Positions 43,126-52,155 of a stretch of DNA of 64,000 bases are shown here, in pieces (the stretch's first letter is position 1; every line of letters begins with the position of its first letter). The stretch is from Candidatus Hodarchaeota archaeon (lineage in GTDB: Archaea > Asgardarchaeota > Lokiarchaeia > Sigyniarchaeales > SOKP01): positions 64,001 through 128,000 of the forward strand of contig JBHLKM010000006.1 in NCBI GenBank assembly GCA_048886685.1, given 5' to 3'. Position numbers and translations under genes: made by a program. The notes under the pieces are model-generated. The model searched no databases and was not told the origin of the DNA. It saw only the letters and a list, made by a program, of their open reading frames with translations.

Positions 43126-44049
43126 ATGCCGAAAGCCATTATTTTTTACGAAATAGATCAGTCGTTTGGACCAAATATATTAGCAGAATATTATTTAAAA
43201 CGAGATGATAAAATACCGCCATCTATATTAAAAGAATTTTCTGAAAAACATGTAAAAAAAGGTTACTCAGATGTAACTATTCGAGATGAGAACAATCGCT
43301 ATTATTCGAATATTGTGAATGCTGAAGCTATTGAAAAAGATAATCTTTATTTAGGATTTATATTACAAGAAGGAGAGGATTTACTCTCAATAAAAAGCAT
43401 TTTTGATAGTATTGAAGAAAAGGTCATTCAGGATTATTCTCCCGATAAGAACAAGATGACTGAACTTTTAAAAGAAGGTTTAAATTCAATATTAAGTTTG
43501 ACTCAAAAATTGCAAGAACCCATAATTATCAAAGAAATTTTGAATGAGAGAACGAAAAAAATGCTAGATGATGGTCTTCTTCAAGAAGCAAGAAAATTGA
43601 TTGAAATTGGTGAAGAAATTCCTGAAAAACTTGCACAAGAAGTAAAAGTCGCTGAAGAATTATTACTCGCGAAAGAATATCGAAAAGCAAAGAAAAGTTT
43701 TCTCAAAGCCTCAGAGTTAGCGACGTTAGTAGAGGAAGAGAAGATTGCTTCCTTTTTAATAAATAAAGGTGAACAGGTTGGTACGTTCCCTGATTTGCTA
43801 AGAGAACGTGTGAATCTTCAGAAAGAAGTTATAAAAATCACTAGTGAATTTGAGTCTAATAAATTAGATCTAGATAATTTACTCGCCGATCCAATAGATA
43901 GATTAATCGAAATTTCAAATTACTTTGAAGAAAGTGATAGACTAATTGAATTAAAAAGACTAAAAAACAATATCCAAAGAGTTTCTAGATTAGCAAAAGA
44001 ATTGGATGGATTAAAAAATAAGATAAAAGAAAATTTAACAAAAATTTGA
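43126..44049 (+). CDS. Longin-like N-domain + helical (TPR/MIT-like) protein
   Basis: IIFYEIDQSFGPNILAEY resembles the N-terminus of 39554-41215; helical C-half. Confidence 0.6.
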   Translation: MPKAIIFYEIDQSFGPNILAEYYLKRDDKIPPSILKEFSEKHVKKGYSDVTIRDENNRYYSNIVNAEAIEKDNLYLGFILQEGEDLLSIKSIFDSIEEKVIQDYSPDKNKMTELLKEGLNSILSLTQKLQEPIIIKEILNERTKKMLDDGLLQEARKLIEIGEEIPEKLAQEVKVAEELLLAKEYRKAKKSFLKASELATLVEEEKIASFLINKGEQVGTFPDLLRERVNLQKEVIKITSEFESNKLDLDNLLADPIDRLIEISNYFEESDRLIELKRLKNNIQRVSRLAKELDGLKNKIKENLTKI

Positions 44050-44050
44050 T

Positions 44051-45868
44051 TTATTCTGATGATTCTTCATCTAAGGTAGGTTCTTCTGCTATAGGTGGTT
44101 TATATTCACCAATATCTTTAAAAATGATTCTTGCTATATCCCAACCTTTTTCTGTTGGATATTTTAGAGCATTTTTTATCAATTCCTCCCCCATTTCATT
44201 ATCTAATTCAACTTTATGAATATCGGGATTATCTTTTAGAATCATTTCATATTTGGCACCACCTGTACCTGTTGGAACAATTAGAATCCCATAATCGATT
44301 ACTTTTTCCGTGATTGCATCTTTCAAGCGTTTTGCAGCATAATAGCCTGCTACTCCCGCACTCCTATCAAAAGTTTTAATAGAAGGAATTTCTAAACCCC
44401 ATTTTCTGCCTTCTGTCTCGATTAAAGCCGCCAAAGTTTGTGCTCTTTTCCCCATCTTAAACTTAAATTCCATTTGAGTTTTATGTTTCTTTCGTTTTTC
44501 ATCACCCACCATATTAATACACTTCAAGGTAGCACCAGCAACAGATTGAGGATTAACGTCTATAGAATATTCCTCTTCCGCTAATATGTCTTCAATTGTT
44601 TTCTTAATAACTTCTCTAGGTTTTGAAAAGTCTATAGCTTCTTCTTCAATCTCTGAGGGAGGTTTTGCAGTAGCAACGATATCCGCTCCTACTTCTAAAA
44701 GCTCCTCAACAGTCATCTCTTCCATAACCACCTTGTCAATAAACCTTCTACATAGTTTAATAGAATTCCGTGGATTTCCCTTGGTCTTTTCATAAATCAT
44801 TTCAATTAATTTTTCATTCAAGGGAAATAGAGGATAAAGGGGAGGATTTAAATTATTATCTTCCCAAAAACTCTCCATAGATTTAGAGAAAAATATTTTT
44901 AAGTCATTTAAACTGAAAGGCTTTAAATCTTGTTCAGGCTCCATTCTTGAGCGTAATGGGGCATCTGCTATTTCAATAATTCTTGGCCATATTTCTTTTA
45001 GAACCGCTATAGTAATAACTAATCCCTTCACCTCATTATATAATCTCTTTAAGATTTCTAAAAACTTTCTTTCAGCAGCTTCACCTAACATACGATATGG
45101 AGACTCAAGTTCATCAAAATAAAGAATTAAGACTTTATCTAGATTCTCCGTTATGATTTTAATAAGAGCTAAGCACACATCATCTTCCTCAACAACTGAA
45201 TTTATTCCTAATTCATTTAATTCCTCATCCTCTAAATCTTCTCCGAGGAGCCATCTTTCTGCTAAAGCTTTTTTATTTTTATCCAATTGATATGTAACTA
45301 ATGCTTTCACGCAATCTGCAAAAACCCCAGGAAATTCTCTTATTCCAACTTGTATTACTTCATCAATTTTAGGCTTTTGAAATAACCCTTTTTTCTCACC
45401 GCCCCACTTTTTTAATAATTTCTCAGAAACAATATCTAGCAATCCTGCGCCTAACTCTTCAATAATACAAGTATAAACATGAAGTAATACTCGGATACTC
45501 GCAGGAGGGCTTGGAACATAAACAATTGTCCAATCTACAGGCAAAACACCTACTTCGATTTCTTGTACATCTTTTGATTGTTCTAATTTCTTTTTATTCT
45601 CTCTTTCTTTATCCTTAAATGAGTGGTATGCGTGTGTTTTGCCTGAGCCTGCACTTCCCAACAAGGGAATTAATCGACTACTTCGATCTCTAGAAGTTTG
45701 TTGTACAAGCCTATAAACTTCTCGATCTATATAACTCCTTGGCCTAGCAATATCAACTTTATCTGGGATATCGCCACGGCTCACAAAGTTCGAAAAGGGC
45801 ATAATAGGAGCCTCTCGTAAAACATCCAAATACATTGCTTTGTCATCGTCACTTAATTCACTATACAT
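44051..45868 (-). CDS. P-loop AAA+-type ATPase
   Basis: GSAGSGKT, LYFDELE, RSR, GNPR. Confidence 0.8.
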   Translation of the reverse strand: MYSELSDDDKAMYLDVLREAPIMPFSNFVSRGDIPDKVDIARPRSYIDREVYRLVQQTSRDRSSRLIPLLGSAGSGKTHAYHSFKDKERENKKKLEQSKDVQEIEVGVLPVDWTIVYVPSPPASIRVLLHVYTCIIEELGAGLLDIVSEKLLKKWGGEKKGLFQKPKIDEVIQVGIREFPGVFADCVKALVTYQLDKNKKALAERWLLGEDLEDEELNELGINSVVEEDDVCLALIKIITENLDKVLILYFDELESPYRMLGEAAERKFLEILKRLYNEVKGLVITIAVLKEIWPRIIEIADAPLRSRMEPEQDLKPFSLNDLKIFFSKSMESFWEDNNLNPPLYPLFPLNEKLIEMIYEKTKGNPRNSIKLCRRFIDKVVMEEMTVEELLEVGADIVATAKPPSEIEEEAIDFSKPREVIKKTIEDILAEEEYSIDVNPQSVAGATLKCINMVGDEKRKKHKTQMEFKFKMGKRAQTLAALIETEGRKWGLEIPSIKTFDRSAGVAGYYAAKRLKDAITEKVIDYGILIVPTGTGGAKYEMILKDNPDIHKVELDNEMGEELIKNALKYPTEKGWDIARIIFKDIGEYKPPIAEEPTLDEESSE

Positions 45869-45929
45869 AAGTTCTCATTCCATTAATTTTAATAATCGAT
45901 AAAAAAAATCTTTCCTAACTTTTAAGCTA

Positions 45930-45959
45930 TTATGTATTTATATCTAAATAGATACATAA
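45930..45959. promoter_or_regulatory. Inverted repeat upstream of hsp20 (putative operator)
   Basis: TTATGTATTTAT-N6-ATAGATACATAA, one mismatch. Confidence 0.4.
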
Positions 45960-46037
45960 AAATTTAAGGTGAAATTTATATCCATGTATATATATCTTAC
46001 AATCGCTGTAAAAATATTAATGTTGAGATGATTTTTA

Positions 46038-46706
46038 ATGCCTAAAAAAGATGAATATGATGATGAGGAGGATGAGGATAAGGAACAAGATCCTTTTAAC
46101 TTTTATAAATATTTTGGAGATCCAAGTAATTTCTTTTCAGATCCTAACAAGTTTCTCATAGATCCTAATAAACTCTTTAGCTCAAAACAATTTAGACAGC
46201 TTTTTAATGATATCTTTGAAAAAATTTCTAAAAATTTGCCCCCTGAGTTTCAAAATCTATCTCCGGAAGATATTATGAGAGAGTTCAGAAAGAACAAGGC
46301 TAAATTCGGTTTAAACTCTCCTATAATGTATGGCTTTAATATTAATATCGGTCCTGATGGTAGACCTACAATAGATTCATTTGGTAATATTAAACCTAAA
46401 CCAACTTCTGGAGAACCTGTCGTTAAATCAAAGAGAGAGCCATTAATCGAAGTAAGTGAAGAAATAGATCAAATACTTGTGATAGCAGAAATGCCTGGAG
46501 TGGATCGCGATGATATTGAACTTGAAGCAACTAGTGATAGCTTAATAATATCCACAAAAGAAAATGCAAAAAGACATTATTATAAAATAGTTAAATTGCC
46601 CTCGACTATAAATTCGGATGTAGCAAAAGCTCGTTATACCAATGGAATTCTTGAAGTCCGATTGAAAAAAATTGATGAAAGACGTACAAACATCCAGATT
46701 GATTAA
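46038..46706 (+). CDS. hsp20: Archaeal small heat-shock protein Hsp20
   Basis: YGFNINIGPDGRP, REPL, AEMPGV, ARYTNGILEV. Confidence 0.92.
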   Translation: MPKKDEYDDEEDEDKEQDPFNFYKYFGDPSNFFSDPNKFLIDPNKLFSSKQFRQLFNDIFEKISKNLPPEFQNLSPEDIMREFRKNKAKFGLNSPIMYGFNINIGPDGRPTIDSFGNIKPKPTSGEPVVKSKREPLIEVSEEIDQILVIAEMPGVDRDDIELEATSDSLIISTKENAKRHYYKIVKLPSTINSDVAKARYTNGILEVRLKKIDERRTNIQID

Positions 46707-46830
46707 ACCTTTACATAAATTTATAGATACATATCTATATTTTATCTAAAGTTATTTTAAATCTTCTTCTTCCTAAAACAAAAAGATTTATTAATAAATT
46801 TAACACATAGACTTTTTAATCATCATTATT

Positions 46831-47850
46831 TTGGTTAAAAAAATGTCCGAAAGAAAGGAATATTTATCTAATCGTGGACTAATAGTAATTGGGATTGTTG
46901 CTTTAATTATATTAGTTGTGGGGATAATACTATGCTATTTAGGGTTAAACGAGGAGTTTTATAGCGAATCAGGTCAAACAGTCTTTAAAATCATAACATA
47001 TCTTGGCGAACCAGTTGTCTTTATAATAATCGCGACAATCATATATTTAGCTTATAGTAAAAGTTTGGCAAAAAATACAGTTCTATGTTTGTTATTCTCT
47101 CATTATTTAAACCAAATTATCAAATCAACATATCAAGATCCACGACCAAACACTAATGTTGGCGATGAATATGGTTTTGCTGAACCTTCATATGGATTTC
47201 CCTCAGGTCACACTCAGAATTCATTGAGTTTCTGGGGATATATAAGCTATGACTTCAAAGATAGATATAAATATAAACAAGTTCCAATTGTTCCAGTTTT
47301 TCTTTCTTGTGTAGTCTTTCTTGTTGGTATTTCAAGAATGGTTATTGGAGTTCACGATTTACAAGATGTGATTGGCGGACTTTTAATAGGTATTGGAGTC
47401 TTATTGTTATTTATATATCTGGAACAGATTATTTCACCACAGTTCAACAAATTAAGCTTTATTCTCAAAATAATAATAACATTGGTACTTTCTATATTGA
47501 TATTTCTAATTGGTACCTTTTTATTTCCAAATGCCGGCTTAGGGTTAGTCTCTCCTCCTGTTAATTATGCAGATGATGGTGCTTTTGCACAAGTTGGTGG
47601 TGTACTTCTAGGATTTGGAATCGGATATCTTTTGGAAGAAGAATATATTAAATATGAGCCCTTGCAACTAAAAACTACGAAAAGAATAATAAATATTGCA
47701 ATAGGAATATTTTTTTTACTCTTAGCTTTTGTACCATTTGAATACTTAATTAAAATAGATAGTGTATTTTTTCGGTTCTTCAGATATGCTCTTGTCGCAT
47801 TTATTTTAGCCTATGTAGTCCCATTAATTTGCGCAAAAATAAATAAATAG
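46831..47850 (+). CDS. PAP2-family membrane phosphatase
   Basis: K...RP, PSGH, SRMVIGVH...D. Confidence 0.9.
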   Translation: MVKKMSERKEYLSNRGLIVIGIVALIILVVGIILCYLGLNEEFYSESGQTVFKIITYLGEPVVFIIIATIIYLAYSKSLAKNTVLCLLFSHYLNQIIKSTYQDPRPNTNVGDEYGFAEPSYGFPSGHTQNSLSFWGYISYDFKDRYKYKQVPIVPVFLSCVVFLVGISRMVIGVHDLQDVIGGLLIGIGVLLLFIYLEQIISPQFNKLSFILKIIITLVLSILIFLIGTFLFPNAGLGLVSPPVNYADDGAFAQVGGVLLGFGIGYLLEEEYIKYEPLQLKTTKRIINIAIGIFFLLLAFVPFEYLIKIDSVFFRFFRYALVAFILAYVVPLICAKINK

Positions 47851-47896
47851 GATCTCTATATTTTTTTTATTATTTTTTAAATGGAGGAACTACTAT

Positions 47897-48178
47897 TTAA
47901 TTAGGCATCTCAATACTCTCTCTCGCGACTTCTCTTAAAAGAATACGGTTAATTATAATTTTGTCGCTTTCTTTAACTTCAGTATTAGGGGTAACTATTT
48001 GATTTATGAAAATATCATCCCTTGTAGGATGTGGAAGAACTTCTTCAAGTATCATCTTAACTAGAGAAAGCGGATAATGATTTAAAAAATTTCCTATTTA
48101 ACATTTAACAAAAAGGAAATTATTTTCTAATAAAATATTAGTAGTCTTTCCTAAATTTGGTTTAATATTTATAAACAT
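47897..48178 (-). CDS. Putative ubiquitin-like (beta-grasp) protein, 80 aa after removal of a 39-nt insert; missed by the ORF track
   Basis: Spliced MFINIKPNLGKTTNILLENNHYPLSLVKMILEE... resembles ubiquitin [32 protein letters not shown]; no C-terminal GG; ATG 7 nt after the upstream stop. Confidence 0.6.
48083..48121 (-). other. Putative relaxed-BHB mRNA intron, 39 nt
   Basis: GAAA/UUUU helix, bulges AUA and UAA, stem AUUUCCU/AGGAAAU; contains in-frame TAA (48098-48100); outer helix weak. Confidence 0.55.
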
Positions 48179-48185
48179 TTTTTTC

Positions 48186-48641
48186 TTAAAATAGATCTAA
48201 ATAGGTTTTAACTTTTTCTTTTCCTTCCAGTCTTTTAACACTTTCTAAAATTCTTTTAGACAATTCCTTTTTCTTTTGAAAATATAGTTTCATTATCTCT
48301 TCAATAGGCATCCCTGGATATCGTTCAACTAAAGCAATATCTCTCCGAGGACACCCTCCAGTTCTCATACAACAATAACTCATTGAACCAAAACATACTA
48401 TATCTGAATCCCATTTGTTTTCTTTTGAAAATTTTTCTTTTATTTTGATGAATTCCTCAGGATTCAGCCCAATCTCCTTTAATTTTTCATCTCTTCTACA
48501 TTTAAATGCAAAAGTTAATGAAAATCCAGGTTTACAACAGAAAGTAAAAGCTCTATAATCTCCCCCCATACAAATCGGAACAGGTGCATTTTTTTCCCAT
48601 CCTGGAAGATCTCTGAGTTTATCTGGGGGAATATTTATCAA
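48186..48641 (-). CDS. Methanogenesis marker 9-like Cys-rich domain protein
   Basis: W-x-x-NAP...IC-x-GGD-x-R...FCC, CFGSMSYCC, C-x-x-RD. Confidence 0.75.
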   Translation of the reverse strand: MINIPPDKLRDLPGWEKNAPVPICMGGDYRAFTFCCKPGFSLTFAFKCRRDEKLKEIGLNPEEFIKIKEKFSKENKWDSDIVCFGSMSYCCMRTGGCPRRDIALVERYPGMPIEEIMKLYFQKKKELSKRILESVKRLEGKEKVKTYLDLF

Positions 48642-48679
48642 TTTCTTACCCTGTCTAGTTTTTTATTAATATAAGGGAG

Positions 48680-48781
48680 GGCTCGGAGGGGGTTTATCGC
48701 ATTGCAGGACTTCTGCAATCAAAATCGATCCCCCGTCTAGGGATTCACAGTCCCCAATTCTACCATTAAACTACCCGAGCC
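48680..48781 (-). tRNA. tRNA-His(GTG) with encoded G-1 and a 30-nt T-loop intron (48694-48723)
   Basis: GGCTCGGG/TCCGAGCC acceptor stem; GGGGA-CTGTGAA-TCCCT anticodon arm; GGGGG/CCCCC T-stem; BHB ATCG/CGAT with bulges ATT and AAA. Confidence 0.9.
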
Positions 48782-48820
48782 ATTTGCGTAGTATCAATAA
48801 TATTTGCTATTAAAAAAATT

Positions 48821-49396
48821 TTAAGTTTTTTTCTTGTCAACTGTGTTTATTAGATAGAGTAAGAATTTGTTAATTGCATCATCTAAATTTCCTGAATTAT
48901 CTAGTGTAAAATCTGCTTCAGCAAACGTTTGGTTTTTTCTGGCTCTTTCGATTCTTTCTATTAATAACTCCTTACTTTCTCTTTTTCTATCTTTTATGCG
49001 TTGTAAAGTTATTTCAAAAGGAACTTCTATGAAAATAACCTTTATATTTTTATATCTTTCTCTGGCTTCTCCTATTATGGTGCGGCTAACATTAATAATA
49101 ACCGGGTGACCCTTTTCTAGCCATTTTTCTATTTCTATTGATATACCATAGTCTAATTCGTAGATATGCCATTTTAAAGCAAATTCTCCCTTTTTTTCCA
49201 TTTTTTTAAATTCTTCTGGAGTAATCGATATATTCTCTTCAAACTTTGATGGAGGTCTAGTAATGTATCTTTTAGGTGCATATATTTGTTTTAAATTTGA
49301 AGGATATTTATTAACTACTCCAGAAATTATTGAGTCTTTACCAGAACCGGAGTTACCTGTTATAAGAAACAATGTCCCTAAGAATTCTTTCACCAA
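48821..49396 (-). CDS. phnN: Ribose 1,5-bisphosphate phosphokinase PhnN-like (guanylate kinase fold)
   Basis: GNSGSGKDS, RYITRP, FALKW...YGI, NVSR. Confidence 0.75.
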   Translation of the reverse strand: MVKEFLGTLFLITGNSGSGKDSIISGVVNKYPSNLKQIYAPKRYITRPPSKFEENISITPEEFKKMEKKGEFALKWHIYELDYGISIEIEKWLEKGHPVIINVSRTIIGEARERYKNIKVIFIEVPFEITLQRIKDRKRESKELLIERIERARKNQTFAEADFTLDNSGNLDDAINKFLLYLINTVDKKKT

Positions 49397-49566
49397 TTAT
49401 CCTCTCAATAATTAGAAATAACTTATTATTAATAAGTTAGATTTGAATATATAGTCTCAAATAATAACTTTTCATTCATAAAACAAAAAAAATTAAAGTT
49501 TAATTGATGTTATCAATCTTACTAGAAAAGTATATTTTTGTTAATTATCTAAAATTTTATTGAAAA

Positions 49567-49989
49567 ATGGCGAAAAAAAGTAGTCAGGAAAAATCAGAAA
49601 TATCAGAAATACCCGAGAGTTATCAGAGATATTTAGATGAAATTTATAATATCTCGAGAAGAAAGAAAGGTGGATGGGTAACTAACAAGGAAATTGCAGA
49701 AAACTTAAATATAGAACCTCCTTCTGTAAGTGGAATGTTGGAAAAATTAAAGAAGAAGGGACTGATTAAATGGGAACCAAGGAAATCCATAAGATTGACA
49801 GAGAAAGGGAAAAAAATTGCTAAACAATTAGATGAAACTCATAGTTTACTTTACCAATTTTTTGCGAAAGTATTGAAAATTGAAGATAAAGAAGTTATAG
49901 AAAATATCTCTTGCGAGATTGAGCACCATATTACTCACGATGTTAAAAATTCATTAGAAGAATTTCTCTCAAAATACTTAGATGGATAA
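49567..49989 (+). CDS. DtxR/MntR metal-dependent regulator
   Basis: YLDEIY, IAENLNIEPPSVSGMLEKL, CEIEH. Confidence 0.9.
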   Translation: MAKKSSQEKSEISEIPESYQRYLDEIYNISRRKKGGWVTNKEIAENLNIEPPSVSGMLEKLKKKGLIKWEPRKSIRLTEKGKKIAKQLDETHSLLYQFFAKVLKIEDKEVIENISCEIEHHITHDVKNSLEEFLSKYLDG

Positions 49990-50051
49990 GTTTAATTAAT
50001 ATCCATAATTCATTGAAACAACTAACTTAACAAATTCTTTCATAAATTAAG

Positions 50052-50810
50052 ATGTCAGAAGAATTAAAACAAAAAGTTGATTTAGTATATAAACACTTCG
50101 AGAATTTTTCTAATTTTATAGAATTGCCCGATTTTAGATCCTTTCTCCTGTTTACTCTAACTAGTCAAGTCCCTACAAATATTTTAGCGCAAATGGGATT
50201 AGGTGGAAGCAAGGAGGTAATTAATATACCATATAATCCTATTTTAAAGATATATTACCAGAAGATTAATCTAATTTCTGCTGGTTCATTAATCATTTAT
50301 GTTAAAAGTGAACCTATTTCTGAGAAATTTATATTACAAAAAGACGATCCAAAAATCAAAGATTTTTTAAATCCTAATGAGATGAGCCTTGCTTTTCGGG
50401 GAAAAGAAAAATTTTTATTACCTATGATTAGTGATTGCAGTACTTGCAATGGAGAGAACAATTCTAAATTAACGATAAAAATTGATGATCTATTTCACTC
50501 TTTAGAAAGTTTTTTGGCTGTTGCTGAACCTAATTTGCTTTTTGTAATTGGAGCTAACAATCCACAAGAACCAGATTTATTATTTACATTTAACCTGATG
50601 CCAGAGATGCCAAGTAGATTGGATCAGAAAGTTTTAAAAATCGATGTATTTATGGATAATGAACATAAATCAAAAGATATCACATATATAAAACGAGAAG
50701 AGAATTTTATCATCAAATATCTTAAGGATATTAAAGATGTTAGTCATGCTGACATCTACAAATCAGCATATTCTTTGTTACTACACGTTAAATCTTTTAA
50801 TAAGCCATAA
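50052..50810 (+). CDS. Hypothetical protein
   Basis: 252-aa ORF, no motif recognised. Confidence 0.7.
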   Translation: MSEELKQKVDLVYKHFENFSNFIELPDFRSFLLFTLTSQVPTNILAQMGLGGSKEVINIPYNPILKIYYQKINLISAGSLIIYVKSEPISEKFILQKDDPKIKDFLNPNEMSLAFRGKEKFLLPMISDCSTCNGENNSKLTIKIDDLFHSLESFLAVAEPNLLFVIGANNPQEPDLLFTFNLMPEMPSRLDQKVLKIDVFMDNEHKSKDITYIKREENFIIKYLKDIKDVSHADIYKSAYSLLLHVKSFNKP

Positions 50811-51051
50811 TTTATTTTTTTCTACTTTTCATTTATCTGTTTTTTATCCAAAGTAATTAACCAAAACTGTGTCCTATTATTGCATTAATATTGAGTACAT
50901 TTATGAGAAAGATGAGATTTAATTATTCGTTAGAACTTAAACGGTTAATACCATTAAAGGATTAATATTGTGAATTTATAAACCATCCAACAGAATATTT
51001 AAAATATAAAATTCATTCAAAATAATCTATTATACTTTCCAGTCTAAAGGG

Positions 51052-51267
51052 TTGAACAATATGAAGATTATTACTATAAATTTACCAGAGAAGTATTTAC
51101 AGGCAATTCAAATTTTAAATGATATGGGAATTTATCCGTCTAGGAGTGAAGCAATAAGGATTGCTTTACATGATTTCCTTTCAAAAGAGTTAAAAATGTT
51201 TGAAGATCTTGAGGACGAGAGCTTTAAAATCCTAATTCGAAGCAAAATAAATAAACTCAACCAATAA
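51052..51267 (+). CDS. Ribbon-helix-helix (CopG) regulator
   Basis: KIITINLP...YPSRSEAIR. Confidence 0.88.
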   Translation: MNNMKIITINLPEKYLQAIQILNDMGIYPSRSEAIRIALHDFLSKELKMFEDLEDESFKILIRSKINKLNQ

Positions 51268-51433
51268 ACTTTTTTTTCTTTATTTTTAGGACTTTTAGAA
51301 TTACTGATTTAAATATATAGAATTATTTTTTGTATAAATTATAGAATTAAATAGAAAAAAAACAGAAATTAAGTAATGAAATTTATTTAGGGAACTTAAT
51401 AGTATAAATTAATTTCAAACCGGTAAAGATAAT

Positions 51434-52135
51434 ATGGAAATAAAAACTGATGTTTGCAATGGTTGCGGACAATGTGTCATTGTTTGTCCTGTTCTAGCAA
51501 TAGAAATGATTGATAATAAAGCGGTTGTAGATGAAGAAAAATGTGTTGAATGCTCAGTTTGTTATAGGAATGCTAATTGTCCTGTTAATGGAATTAGGAT
51601 GAAAAAGTTAAAGTGGCCTAGAGAAATTCGAATTCCTTTCAGTAATGTCATTACTACTCACAAAATAACAGGTGTAGCAGGTAGAGGAACTGAAGAGATG
51701 AAAACCAATGATGTGACCAATCGCTATAATTTTGGCGAATTTGGTGTCTCAATTGAACTAGGCCGTCCAGGGTTAGGAACAAGACTTCGAAATATCGAAT
51801 TATTCACAACCAAATTTGCTGAAATTGGTGTAATATATGAAGAGAAAAGTCCAGTTACAACATTAATTATCGATGATAAAGGGCATATAAACGAAGAAAT
51901 AAAGAATGAACGGGTTTTGTCTGCGATAATAGAATTAAAAATTCCTTCTGAGAAATTACCTCGTATTTTGAAAGTAATCAGGGAGGTAGAGAATGAAATT
52001 GATACTGTTTTTTCTGTTGGGATCGTTTCAAGAATAGAAGAAAATAATACAGATGAGATTATAAATCGGTTGTCTCAATTAGGGTTCGAAGTTAGACCTA
52101 ATGCTAAAATAAATATTGGATTAGGTAGACCATGA
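51434..52135 (+). CDS. 2x[4Fe-4S] ferredoxin-domain protein
   Basis: CNGCGQCVIVCP, CVECSVC...CP, GRGTEEMKTNDVT. Confidence 0.85.
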   Translation: MEIKTDVCNGCGQCVIVCPVLAIEMIDNKAVVDEEKCVECSVCYRNANCPVNGIRMKKLKWPREIRIPFSNVITTHKITGVAGRGTEEMKTNDVTNRYNFGEFGVSIELGRPGLGTRLRNIELFTTKFAEIGVIYEEKSPVTTLIIDDKGHINEEIKNERVLSAIIELKIPSEKLPRILKVIREVENEIDTVFSVGIVSRIEENNTDEIINRLSQLGFEVRPNAKINIGLGRP

Positions 52136-52155
52136 ATTTAGGAGGTGTAAAAATT

